Assembly (NCBI RefSeq): GCF_964204645.1
Contig: NC_134025.1
Span: 7,564,001-7,628,000 of the forward strand
DNA from: Tubulanus polymorphus
Lineage: Eukaryota > Animalia > Nemertea
DNA: 64,000 nt
Direction: 5' to 3'
The notes under the pieces are model-generated. The model was not told the origin of the DNA. It saw only the letters and a program-made list of their open reading frames with translations, and made no database searches. Positions 26,649 to 51,448 of this stretch are shown one piece after another. The number at the start of each line of letters is the position of its first letter. Positions within the stretch are counted from its first letter, which is position 1. A program made the translations under genes and the position numbers.

Positions 26649-29600
26649 TTAGTCAGGTTTTACATTATTGACTTGATCGCCTGTTTCAGTTTCCATTTGA
26701 GTTTCTGTTTGACTTTTCTCTTGGCTTTCCACTTTTGTTGTTTCACTGAAAAGAGTGACAATGAATTTCAAAGTGGATTTATCCGAATCGAATTCATTTT
26801 GAATAGAGATATTTCCTAATGACTTACCCTCCCTTTTCGTCGTCATCACTATCGCTATCAACTCCGGGATGTTCTTCCATCGGATTTTCATCTGCTATCT
26901 GCATTTTTACATCACCTTGTTTGATATCTTCTCCCTCTTCCATTTTCTTCTCTTCCGTCAACTCTTCTGGTGCTGGTGGTTGTTGGAGCTCTTTGATCGG
27001 GTGATCCTAATGTATCGAAATTTTCATATCAATTTAATTCATTTACCCAGTCAAATTAGATTCATTAAATTCTATAATGAAGGACTTCATAGGGAACTTT
27101 GTGATGTGGAATAAAATTGGGTTCAATTGAAGCCATATTGCATACGCTAACTTACTCGAGATCTCTGTTGATATTGGAACGATTGAATCTTGTTTGAATA
27201 GAAATCATAGACAAATGATGCCATGTGTGGCATATCTTCTACGATCAGTGTTTGATGTAACGGCGATTCTGCAACCTTTCTCACCGATGGATACATCTCA
27301 TGAGGACAGAGATGCAGCTTCAGAGGCTGAGCCGTCAACTGCAAGTGATCAGAAAATGATTATAGTACATGAAAATATCTTTGTACTCTCACAATGACAC
27401 AATTTATTACACAATTTGATCATGTGAATTGATTTGGATGAATGTATTAAGTATACCTGATTAAATGCTGGAGTTAACTCGAAACAGTTTTCAAACAAAC
27501 CAACACGAGCGAATATATATAATCCTAATCGAGCTCTTGACATGGCTACAACTAACCGACGGACATCCCTGTAATAAAAAAACCAGAATCTCAGAAATAA
27601 ACAAAATGTTAATGTTTCAAAGTGCATGTGGACTTAAATAAATAATTCATACCGTAAATGACCGACATTCTTTGTTCTGACTAGAGACAGAAGTATATAA
27701 TCATTTTGTTGACCTTGAAATCTATCAACTGTGGTCACCTAAAAAAGAAAAATATCTAGTGATGATTTCATAAATTTTGCTTTGAATTTATCTAGCTATA
27801 AAGCAGGACGTTACCGGTACCTTAGATGGGAATCCAATAAGTGGGTTATTAGCACAACGCTGTTTGATGACATCACGGATCAGATGTTTTTGTCCATTAT
27901 AAGTCGTAAGTATAGAGATTTTTTCAGCTGGATATCCGAGCAGTCTCATATACATGAATGTAGCAACAATGTATTCAGCTTCAGCCAAATTCTACAATAT
28001 AAATAACAGATGCCAATCATAGCTCAGATAAAAGTTTTTCAAAATTTATTACATACGTTAAGTCTTATGAGGCAGAATTACAATGTACTTTACCTGATAA
28101 AAGAATGGATTGGGTTCTGATTCTCCGATACCGTTAAAATCTCCAACATCTATCAGTTGAAATTCAAAGCAGAAACCAGCATTTGAAGTTTGATACTCCG
28201 GCCACTGTCCAATGTGAGGCAAATTACCAAGCTTCTTGTAGCGCCAGTTGTACAGATTACATAAACTAAATCGAGAGAGACAGAATTGCTTTTAGGGCAA
28301 ATAAAGGATTTGAATAGAAGGAAATGTGGACTGAAATATTCACCTTCCTCTAGCTCGTCCTTGTGCATCGAGATCCACGGTAGGAACTCCTAATCTGACA
28401 AATCTTGTAAACAACGACTGTTCCATATTGGAGAATTTCTGGAATGCCATATTTTTGATGACTGGCGGCAACTGATGGTGGTCCCCGATCATTATCCAAC
28501 GCTTCAAACGATTGTAATTATCTTCAGGATTCTGAAGTAAAAACGATACAAATTTTGTCAACATCTGAAGACAAGACTTCAGTTTATTTTGTTATTTTCA
28601 AATCAACGATCGAAAAATTTTACCTGCAACAGTAGCGGAATAAATGTTTCAATTTCCAGAATCTGAGCTGATTCTTCCATTAGGATATTATCATACTACA
28701 ACATACAAATAAAATACACAGTCAATTCCGACTTCCCAGTAATACGGTAGGCACTGAAAATATTGAATTTTCGAATTTTCACTGAACCCATCAGCCACTT
28801 ACCTTAAATCCTAATTCCACTAAATCGTATCTCTTCAAAGCGGCATGTGTACAGGTCATAGCAATTATCTTCGCTTCTTTGATGAGAAGATATTTCGAAC
28901 GGTCAGCACCACTTCGCAACAACTCGAATGCTCGGAATTCCTAAAGGTCAATTTTAAACATTTAGTCACCATTTTGATGCAACATCAATAGCAATTAGCA
29001 ATGAACTTTTTTTTATTCCAAGCTGACCTCTAATTGTTGGAATATTCTTGCGATATGTCGGAAACATCCTTCAGCTATGTCAAAATCTTCTTCATAAGAA
29101 TTCTCCTTGAACAATGGCTGTGGCGCATTTGAGAAGAATTTGGTGAATGGGAATAGCTCTTTAATCTTTGTTTTATCACCAGTCTGAGAATATAAGATAC
29201 ACAACAAAAATTTTAGCGATGAGTGAGACAAAATGTTTGCATCATTATTATATCGCAATACAGTTACCTTTCCAGAAGGAGCTTTGACTTTACTAAGGTA
29301 CTCCTCCCAGCGAGATAGAATGTGATAAAGATAGAAATGTCCAGCAGTCTCGCACGTATATCCCACATCACCGGCGATATTCAAACTCTCTGAAAGTCGT
29401 CCAACTTCATCCAATAATTCAAGCCTTTGTGACAGGACAAAATTCACGCGGCCGTATCGACTGAAATCTTTCTCGGTCTCGAGCGCCTCTTCACCGTGAC
29501 CCATACGTAGCAAATGGCGTTCCTCGATGTCGAGAGCCATGATTTTCTCAAACAGTTGATTCAACGCCTGTAGAAAGATTTTCAAAAACCTCTCTACATC

Positions 29601-32600
29601 AACAATTTCTGCATGAGATAAATCCACTAAGAAGAAGACAGTTACCTGATTAGAATGAGTCACAATGAGAGTTCGCTGTTCCGGGAAGTTGTGGTACAGA
29701 TTGGATATGATCTGAACTGCTACATCTGTCTTACCCGTACCCGGTGGACCAACTACCATAGTCAATCCGGGCTGCATACCAGCTCGAATCGCTTCAACTT
29801 GTGTAGCCGTAAAGAGCACCGAATTCCTTACAATTCAAACAAATATCAAACTCAATCAATCAAGAAAATACAAGATTAAAAGATGAACTATTTTTTGAGA
29901 AGGATGAAAACTTACTTTTTCGCTTGGTTATACGGGTACGGTCCTCTGTTTGCAGCTACGTGTGGTTCGACAGTTATCGTGTCATTTTCTGTATTTACAG
30001 GATTATCATCTTCATCTAGTTTCCGTTTGTTACTAGAAACTGGGAAATGCAACCTGACATAAAGCAATAGATATCATTATATAAGATTTTATTGCAAATC
30101 TTTATGCAAATTTCTCAGCAAATTCAAAGAATACGCGAATACCTGAATGGAGGTTTCAGTTTTTCAACATCTTCTGTTGATGATTTTACTTTGTACTGAG
30201 GAAAACATGATTTCAAATGATCATAGCTGAGGAATGTATCATTCCAATCTAAACTAGCTATTTGGTTGTCCATCCTACAAAATATGTACTTCACTTGTGT
30301 AAATACTATTATCAGGGTTTAATTCAAATCAAATCCTGGCAAAAAGACTACGGTTCATACTTTGAATAATGAGCAGCACCAGGGTCGCCATAGCCTAGGA
30401 TGATATCGTGAAGCCAATCTGGGACGACGCAATCAGTGTTCATCAGTTCGCGAATAGTTTCCAACACCGCCTTGAAATTGTTCTCTTTCGGTTTCCTTCT
30501 CAACATGATGTTGAATGTTTCATAAACATCCTGAGAATATTGAAGGTAAATTTAGAAAATCAATTATCTAGACTGGAAGGAAACTAATTATAATCATGAA
30601 TGATTATAATTGTGATCAATATGATTATATCATTATTATTATTATCATCATTATCATTATTGATATAATTACTATCACTATTAATTATTACTATTACATG
30701 CACAGCGTCCAGTGCCTTTATTCTAGGTACAGCCAGCTGGCTAGCACTGGATCATTCATAACCATAGTGCACTTAAACGTATACATATTACATTGTATTA
30801 TGAAAAGGGGTTCCGGTTACTGTAACCTACCTCCTCCCCAGTCGTCGTCTTTTCCATATCAATCTGATATTGATTCGGATCCAACCACACGCGATACGTT
30901 CTAGTTGAACCTTTTAATTCTGGCTTCGGATCTGGACCTAAAACCAATGACAACAGGTGAAAAAATTGAGCGATGAAAATTTAGACGAACAATCATCTAA
31001 CAGTCGAAAAATACCTTCTTCGATAACTTTGCCTTCTTCATCGAGCATTCCCTCAATTTCACAGCCACGCACGTAAGTCAGACCGACCTGAGGCACGAAT
31101 GATTCTCGAAAACTAAACCGAGTTCCGAATGGCGCCGGTGACCTGACTGTTATCACGAAAGCGACATCATGTTTCCGTAAAGCTGCAAGTTAGAAGTAGA
31201 CAGTAAAATCGAGTATAGAATTCGAATTACTGACGTCATTGTTATTTCTCCAGATCCTTTGATACGATGACTCGAATATAGACTTACATTCCCATTCACG
31301 TTTAATCTCGGGTCGCACGCTGAGAGTTAACACTATATCAGCGCGTACACGAGCAGGATGATTCTCTCCTATACGCGGTTTTGCTACCTCGACCACACTG
31401 AATGACGTTATTGGCTGAGCCATACGAGCCCAACCACCGAATATAGTAGAACCATCTTCACTACACCTATCGAAACACCAAGTAAAGATGACTATTTGGT
31501 ATGTACACATGTATCATGCAGATGCATAAAACTGAGGTTCATAGATTTCATTACTGTTAAAAGTCTTACCACGGTTTCATGCGCCTAACAGCATCCTCCA
31601 CATCTTGGCGAATCTCATCTGTAAAATCATGCGCAAAGTTAAATCCATACGTCATAATGAGAAATAGGGGTATAAGCTTATGGGTAATCACTTGTCACTT
31701 ACAAGTCGATTCAAGACGAAACAGATTGAAATTTCTGAGCAAATAATCATGTAATGTCAAGAACTGTAGGTTTAATTTAGGCAATGCTAAACAAGTGTCG
31801 CCGGAGAAATATTGCATCGGAACAATATTTTCATCCCAGATAATCTTCTCTGTCGGATAGAGCGGCATTTCATTCAATGTCTGCAACTGAGACGGTCTTC
31901 GTTCATGGAGAGATACCTACAATTTATATTGAAATAACGATTGATGAAATCAATCTAGTATGTGTAATATGCATTATCATGTAATTCTTGGCACAAATAT
32001 ACACGACTTACAAGTAAAGCCATTAGGTAATCAGAACTGTATATTTCTTCTATCTTATCAGCACCTTCATCGGGCTCAGGAACCAATCTTAGAAATGCAG
32101 CTATCTTATGCAGCTGATTATTACTGCAAAATAAGGTTCCGTTGGTTATTTAAAACTCTGTAGAGGTGATAGCCTCTCAATTGAAAAATCGATGTTAGTA
32201 TAATTCGTATCTACCTGAGATTCCTGAAATGCTTCAGTAAACTTTCTCTTGTGTCAATGCTCGCGACATTTGATAGCGCAAACTTTCGTAAATCAGGGAA
32301 GTATTTGAAAGCACCTTTCTACAATGGCAGTATATGGCATAGGATTAAAATCATATTTACGATTCATATGAGAATTTTAAATCTGTGTTAGCAGATTTCC
32401 ACATTATTAGTTCAATACTATGAGATTCTCATCAGCACAAATGAGAATAATCAAAAATATACCTGAAGTTTTGTTATTTGGTTGTAATGCAAATCAGTCA
32501 TTTCACTGTCAGTCAAAGCCTTTCCTGACTGATCATTGATTTCAAATCCGGCATAAAATTTCAACATGTCCAACAACTGAAAAACAACAGTTAAAGACAT

Positions 32601-34937
32601 GATTTTTGAATAAATACAGTGAACACTTGTACTATCAAACTAACAAATCAGATATCATTTTCCTCCTCAATCTAACTCGAGACTGGTAACCAAATTATCA
32701 TAAGCCTGGAATCGGACCAGTTTTATTTACAAAAGATTATTGAATAACAGAACGTGACTTACCTGTCCAAATAGTTTGCCTTCAGGTCTTTTCATGAGAC
32801 AGGACTGGTAACATTTCACAACTACATGACTGTCATCAAGTAACATGTTGAAGAAACGTCTCGTTGGTAACAAAGCTTCTAAATCAATCAACAGCTCCAG
32901 AAAACGCTCGCAATAATGAATTCTTTCTGGTGATACTTTCCCTGAAAACATTTACATTACATGGCAAAGATAAATAACTGGATATATACTTGGCTGGTTA
33001 TTGAATTAACATCAGAAAGACAAAATATACCTTCTGCAGGTACTGAATCTAAAACCTTGAAGAATTTTTGTAGTAATTCATACAAAGTTGTCCTTTCTTT
33101 CTGCAATTTTTCCAAGGTTTCAGCATCGAGCTTAGCATCTTTTTTCTTTAGCACGTTCCAAAACTTTTTGTACTTCGAATTCTCTTTAAAGATTTCTTCC
33201 CTTCGAGCCTATGAAATTGTTACACACATCGTCGCATTACGATCAGGTAAAAATTGATCCATGTATATGCAAGAATATTTCAAACCAACTTACTGGTAGT
33301 ATATTGATCCATATAGGCAAAGAAACAAGTCTTTGAGCTTGTTCCCTTATCAAATCCACTTCCTGAAAAAGAAAGGTTTTGTTGAGAGAACATTGAGGTA
33401 ATTCTCTACCAAGGGATATGGACATCTGATCAAAATAAAGTCTACATACCAAGCTATTGAAGATATGTATGAGGAATACTAGCAATGCTTTCTGTTCTAA
33501 TATGGAAACCTCTTCTTCGGCAGCTAGACAGAGATCCATCATATGCCAAAAAAATCCTGGAAATTTTCCCGGTCTGTCTTTGAATGGCTGAAAGAAGATA
33601 AAATGTTACTCATTGAAGAAGTGTTTTAATTGATACCAAAGATAAGATTCTAACCTGCCATGCTGGAACCCTTTCTCTGAACTTTTCATTCACCATTGCG
33701 ACTATCGAAAGCACGTGGCCTTTCGTACTCTAATAATGAAGAAAAAGATTGACATCAATGCCAACTATAAAGGAAATCTTGCAAATGATTTAATTCTTTT
33801 AGGTGAATTTTCATACCTTTTCTGAGTTGTAATTAATCCATAAATAGTTCTCGAGATATTGGCTAAAAAATAATTCCCCAAAAAATATTTTTTGAATGAA
33901 TTAGGAATAGCAGAAATCATTGGTTTCGTATGTCGTCAATAAAGTTCAGAAGATATTTACCTGAACTCTAAGAGCATAATCCTTCGAATTGAAAACCTGT
34001 TGATAATAATAAAGTGTGATTTTATGAACTACCGTATGTTTTCTGTAACCTAATTAATCTAGTGCTTAAACTGAAATCACTTTAATAACAATAATGATAG
34101 AATTCTGAAAATGTGTATAGTTCCTGTTTCACTGCAATACAATGTTCACCAGCGCTCAAACACCATAGTATTATTTCCCTGAGCTTTATTTATACCACAG
34201 ACTATGTATCTGTGATATCTACCTCCGCGATAAGAAACATCTTTTTAGCGCTCAGGAGTCATCTATTCTATGGAGGCCTGGTAGGCCTAACTATAAATTG
34301 GTGGAGAGAGGAAGCATAATGCCCAGGGACACTATTGGGTTTGGACCCATGATCTGGCTTCCCAGAGTTCCAGCTCTAACAACTCATCCAAACTACTTCC
34401 AATCACTTGGTACTGATAATTAGCACATTCTACCATGTTTTAACCATATTCAGAAATAATCATCAACGGCACATATATAGGCTTTATAGTCCATAAAGTG
34501 GATTTCAATTTGCACTTTTTACAATCCATCATACTGAGTTTAATGATAAGTTAATTAGCAGATTAAACTGATTTAGGTTAATTTACTTACTTTGTTCCTA
34601 GAATATCCTTCTTGTAAATATCTTCAATAATCTGCACAAATAACATTATCAGATTCGTAAATGAATCATGCTGGCATTTCTGATAGAGCAGAATTATAGT
34701 GGTCCCATTTCTAGACACTTACCTGAGCACTGTACGGTTTTCTTGGAATATTGCTGTGGGGAGCCCAATACTCTTTAGATAGCTGAAAATGTTTAAGATA
34801 CCGGTCACTTATTGATAGAAGATTAAGCAACAAATTGATATTTTGAATCATTGAGCCTTTGAAGTTCTGACCTGTGTGATAATATCAGATTCTATTTGTT
34901 GAACAGTTGGCGCCACCCCTGTGGTTTTGTCCGTCAT
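26649..34937 (-). CDS. AQR: RNA helicase aquarius (intron-binding spliceosomal SF1 helicase), many exons
   Basis: Start [15 protein letters not shown]; [95 protein letters not shown]. Confidence 0.97.
30633..30696. repeat. Imperfect (ATT/ATC)n microsatellite in an AQR intron
   Basis: attattattattatcatcattatcattattg... run. Confidence 0.8.
34150..34395 (-). mobile_element. Degenerate tRNA-derived SINE in AQR intron
   Basis: On the minus strand there is an A-box-like TGGATGAGTTGTT (~34391-34378), a B-box-like GGGTCCAAACCC (~34348-34337), then GTGTCCCTGGGCA (typical SINE body). The 3' boundary is approximate. Confidence 0.55.
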
Positions 34938-36918
34938 ATTGACGCTTAAGCTAAAAATAGAAATACCAAATTAAAACCTAGTCCATCCTTGAGCACCAAA
35001 CTATGTACATGTAGGCCTAGATAAAAACTATGGTACTGGGTAACAAGTCTGAATACCAATCTTAAAAGAGCATTATCCCTATTTCATTAACAAGTTGTTG
35101 TTAATGGGATAGGGGTATCCTCTGCTTAAGTAGGTACAGGTAGAATATGATAGGGTCCATCAAGGCTTCATGTTGTCTTTTGCTTGCTTGGCTTTTTGTT
35201 TGTTGGTAGAAGTCACTCCAGTCAAATTGTTTGGTACACAGAGAGTACTGAGTAGACTGGCAGGTCATTGAATCAAGTGAAGTGTTTGTGAATGTTGGAG
35301 AATTTGGACTCTTCTGGCTAGCGAAAATAACAAATAACAAATCGTTTAAGCTTGGATTGGAAAAAATGTGTCGATTGTTTAAATAAATTAAAATTGAATT
35401 TAGATTGGTTAAAAGAAAAATAGTTTTGTTCGATGTTTCTTTAAAAATACGGGGTCAACTTCATATAAAAGCAAATCAGATGATAAAGTAATTACCGATA
35501 TCCTCCTCTTAAGTTATAATAAGTTGAAATTTAAGAATCAATATCGCAGTATTTTTTCACAAATTGGTTTCGTATTTCCTAACATTTCAACAGTCATACT
35601 ACTAAGTACCGAGAAATGTGAACGTAAACAAAACGCCATCGCCACCCTACGGATATTTCAGATGCCCCGGCGTCATATGGGTGCCGTTGGGTTCGAATCC
35701 GTATGTTTCAACTGAGGTCGGATCCACTAAAATCATCAATTGGTTTCTTCGAAAACTTTCAAATATATTTAATCTAGTCTTCTCGGTTCCTCACTGATAT
35801 ATCAAACTCAAAGATTTAGATTCGCCTAGAATTGATATTAAAATTTATTCAAAATAAATGGTTTAATACAGAGAACATTGCAAATATGATGTTTCTCAGC
35901 AAATAATTTCTGCAAAGGACTGTACACAGTTAGGCACGGAAATGTGAATATAATGAATTATTACATAAGAGACCTTTTAAGAAAAAGACATTTTAAAATT
36001 AGCTGAATCTCAAAAATTTAACAACAAGCAAAACATTGCATGGTTCACTTGCGATTCAATCATAACTTATTACATCGCTACATTTTCTATGCTAATACTT
36101 GGTCGAAATTACTATTACAACATAGAATTGTAAGACATGTCTTGTGAAGCTAAAAGGATTGGAAACATAAGATCACAGCAAGTACTGTAAGGCATCCAAA
36201 AAATCTGGAATGTGAAGGCACATAATATATGTAGGCCTACATGTGATAATACAAGTATGAAGGCATCTTCACGAACAAATATATAAAACATAGTGCAGTT
36301 AAACAATGTGTAGGTTTTTAGAAAGGCTAACAGAAGCCAGTCTAACCTTGCTACAAAAACTTATATAAAATATGTGTGTATGTACATTACAGACAACATA
36401 CTTGAGCAGTGATTGTGACGATTCTACTTTTCTAGGTGATATAATCAGCAGTTTAATATCAACGTTAATATCCCTGGATGATTGATTCCACGAAAAAAGC
36501 ATGAACATGTTTAGGCGCATGCTTTTTCACAATATATACATTGACGATCATACTTGTGGGCTACGAAGTAATTTGCAACAGTCGATGGATAGAAATGTTC
36601 ATTCGACTGGCACTTCTTTTTAAACTATGCATAACACTAAGTAATAAATATTCAATAGATGTGTTATAAACTTAAGTAAGACTGTACATCCTGTATCATT
36701 CTAACTACCCAGTAAGAGATCACAGTTTAGGACAATTACAGTTTTATGTTAAAAAATCTCTGGTATCTCTGATATACGGTTGTTCCTCCCTTAACATCAT
36801 CTATCACAGATCAAAACAACAATCCACTAATGGAATAAATCTGTTCTTCATTGATGGAATGTTTTTCCTCGGACACTACTAACATGCCAATGGTATTTCA
36901 CGGATCCATATGGTATTC

Positions 36919-49475
<12,557 letters not shown>

Positions 49476-49940
49476 TATGTAGGCTTATATAAACCTTTTA
49501 CTAATTCAGGAAACCGAATGCTTGCCACCAATAGAAAACGGGTCCATCTGTCTGTCCTGATTTTCAGACGTTCACTGAACAAAAAGTCACAATGATGGTG
49601 ACATTTGTACAAATTTTCAGCCACTCCTCGGGTACCCTGACCTTAACTAGAACAGATAAGACACACAAAATTAAAATGGTAGCACCTAAGCCATTCGATG
49701 ATCGTGGAGGCTGTAAAATCCTTCAGACTGTCAAATCAAATTTTAAGTTCATATCAATCGCCATCAATGAAAATGATGACTCGTTTGATAATTTTTGGAT
49801 TTGGAAGCCTAAAAATCGAGCTCAAATTTCATTGAAAATAAACTGATTTTCGCTACAAATAACCTAGTTTTCAGTAATGTCATCTCGTATTGCCGGTATC
49901 CCATTAACCAAATAGACCAAGTTACCGCCATATAGCCCTA

Positions 49941-50208
49941 CAGGGTGGATCCAGGGCCCTATCTCAAGAGGGTTCCGAATTATATAAGAGTACTCACTAT
50001 TATGGGGAGGGCACTTTCTATGTCAAATCACAGCAAAAAAGGCACTTAACATCAAACTTGTGATTTTCAGGGGCACTTACGACGCCAAATCATACCAAAC
50101 ACGGGCACTTTTAGGCCTATGTCAAATCCATGGATTTAGGGGCATCTACAAGGGGCATAGGCTCAACGGTATTCCAGAACCCTTGGAACCCCCCTGGATC
50201 GGCCCCTG
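49941..50208. mobile_element. hAT-like MITE with 5-bp TSD (CCCTA), same family as 23802
   Basis: CCCTA|CAGGGTGGATCCAGGG ... CCCTGGATCGGCCCCTG|CCCTA; internal GGGCACTT sub-repeats. Confidence 0.8.
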
Positions 50209-50309
50209 CCCTAGGGCTAATTTAAATTATGCTGCATTGCCATCTACTTTCACATCCGAAAAATAAGAAAAAGTACCCTAAAATTAACTACAACTAGGCA
50301 AATTAAGTA

Positions 50310-50635
50310 TAGTATCGGATATTTGTCACATTATGGGAGCGAATTTTTCGATACTAAAGTCAATACTGAAAAGTAGCACCACAAATTGCTATTTTCCTGG
50401 ACTTTGCTTGATTATTCTTCAATCGCCAGGAAAATTCACTTTTTTTCGAAAAAAATTTTCTTGACCGATTGTCAGAAAAATTTGCTATTTTTGTAGAATC
50501 GCTATTTTTGATTTATTGGTTTAACTCTCTTTTCATCACAATGTCAAGAAAATTCGCTATTTGTATGTCTGTTGTCATTGATAAATTGGCACCAACATTG
50601 TAAAATAAGGAAACTCCATATATTCGATACAATAT
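50310..50635. mobile_element. Degenerate MITE-like element
   Basis: Imperfect inverted ends (GTATCGGATAT / ATATTCGATAC) and repeated AATT(C)GCTATTT units. Confidence 0.4.
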
Positions 50636-50778
50636 TAACTAGGCCCCTATAAATACCGGTACTATCGTATATCTGAAATTCTAAAATATTCATTCAAAAT
50701 AAATATAGCGAAAATTCTAAATATCGCTAGGGCCTACTTTTCAGCTGCACCAAAATGCCTACAGTCCCAATTTGACTT

Positions 50779-51090
50779 AAATGTAGCATCTAGCCCCCAA
50801 AGCTGATTGTAGGGGAACAAGCACATCTTCTGAACTACACTGCACTGGATGCAGACTGACTGCTGGTAGACTAAAATTGATTAGGCCTATATGCAGTGCA
50901 GTAGCGACATTAGCGTAAACGTTAAGCCTATACATCAGTCTTGGAGACAGGGACTGCTGGATCTATGTTCACCCAGTCCTGAGAATGGCCGGTTCGCGGA
51001 GCTCCGTGGCGTATACTGCCTATGGCTATACTAAAGAGCTCGCGTGGGGTCGCATTAGCGATATACCACTGACACTAAGGTTCTCAGTGA
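50779..51090 (-). ncRNA. Candidate H/ACA-type sca/snoRNA; 5' end uncertain (could extend to ~51250)
   Basis: Locally GC-richer island with nested stems; G-U pairs favour the minus strand. Hairpin, H box AGAAGA (50831-50826), hairpin with UCAG loop, ACA+3 nt (50784-50779). Probably lies in a 5'-UTR intron of TTLL5 (donor CACG|GTAAAA at 51369). Confidence 0.5.
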
Positions 51091-51405
51091 AGATCTATGA
51101 ATATTTGTTTCACTCAGAAGTGGAAATATAATACATTTTCGGGAGTCGAACCTTCCACTAGTTCACACAGACACTGACAGCAGAGTACATTTTGTAACCA
51201 ACCAACAACAATAACGAAAATTGTGTTGAGTAGGCTCCGTGGATATCTAGCTTTGCCAAACACAGCCAAACATTAAATTTGATAGGAAGAAAAATTACAA
51301 TATCAACGATAGCTGCAATCATATTCAGCAGCTTTTACGGAAAATCGAATAATATTTGAAACATTTTACCGTGGTTGTTGCCACAACTAGAGCACTGGCC
51401 AATTT

Positions 51406-51448
51406 ACTTCCGGGTTGCGCTCTAGTCACATGATAACAAAATGGCGGC
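51406..51448 (+). promoter_or_regulatory. ETS-like and YY1-like motifs at the probable bidirectional TTLL5/PAAF1 promoter
   Basis: ACTTCCGG (51406-51413) and AAAATGGCGGC overlapping the PAAF1 ATG; both are common at metazoan housekeeping and bidirectional promoters. Confidence 0.4.

Noticed and set aside
30596-30904. Poly-Ile ORF
   Set aside because: It is the translation of an (ATT)n microsatellite.
35645-35725. GGTTCGAATCC near the AQR 5' end as a tRNA
   Set aside because: No acceptor, D or anticodon stems could be built.
51142-51152. Pol III B box GGTTCGACTCC on the minus strand as a tRNA gene
   Set aside because: No cloverleaf or properly spaced A box; it may be a stand-alone TFIIIC site.
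50905-51400. Calling the structured RNA the telomerase RNA
   Set aside because: No CUAACCCU-like template or U-rich pseudoknot was found, so only the 3' resemblance is reported.
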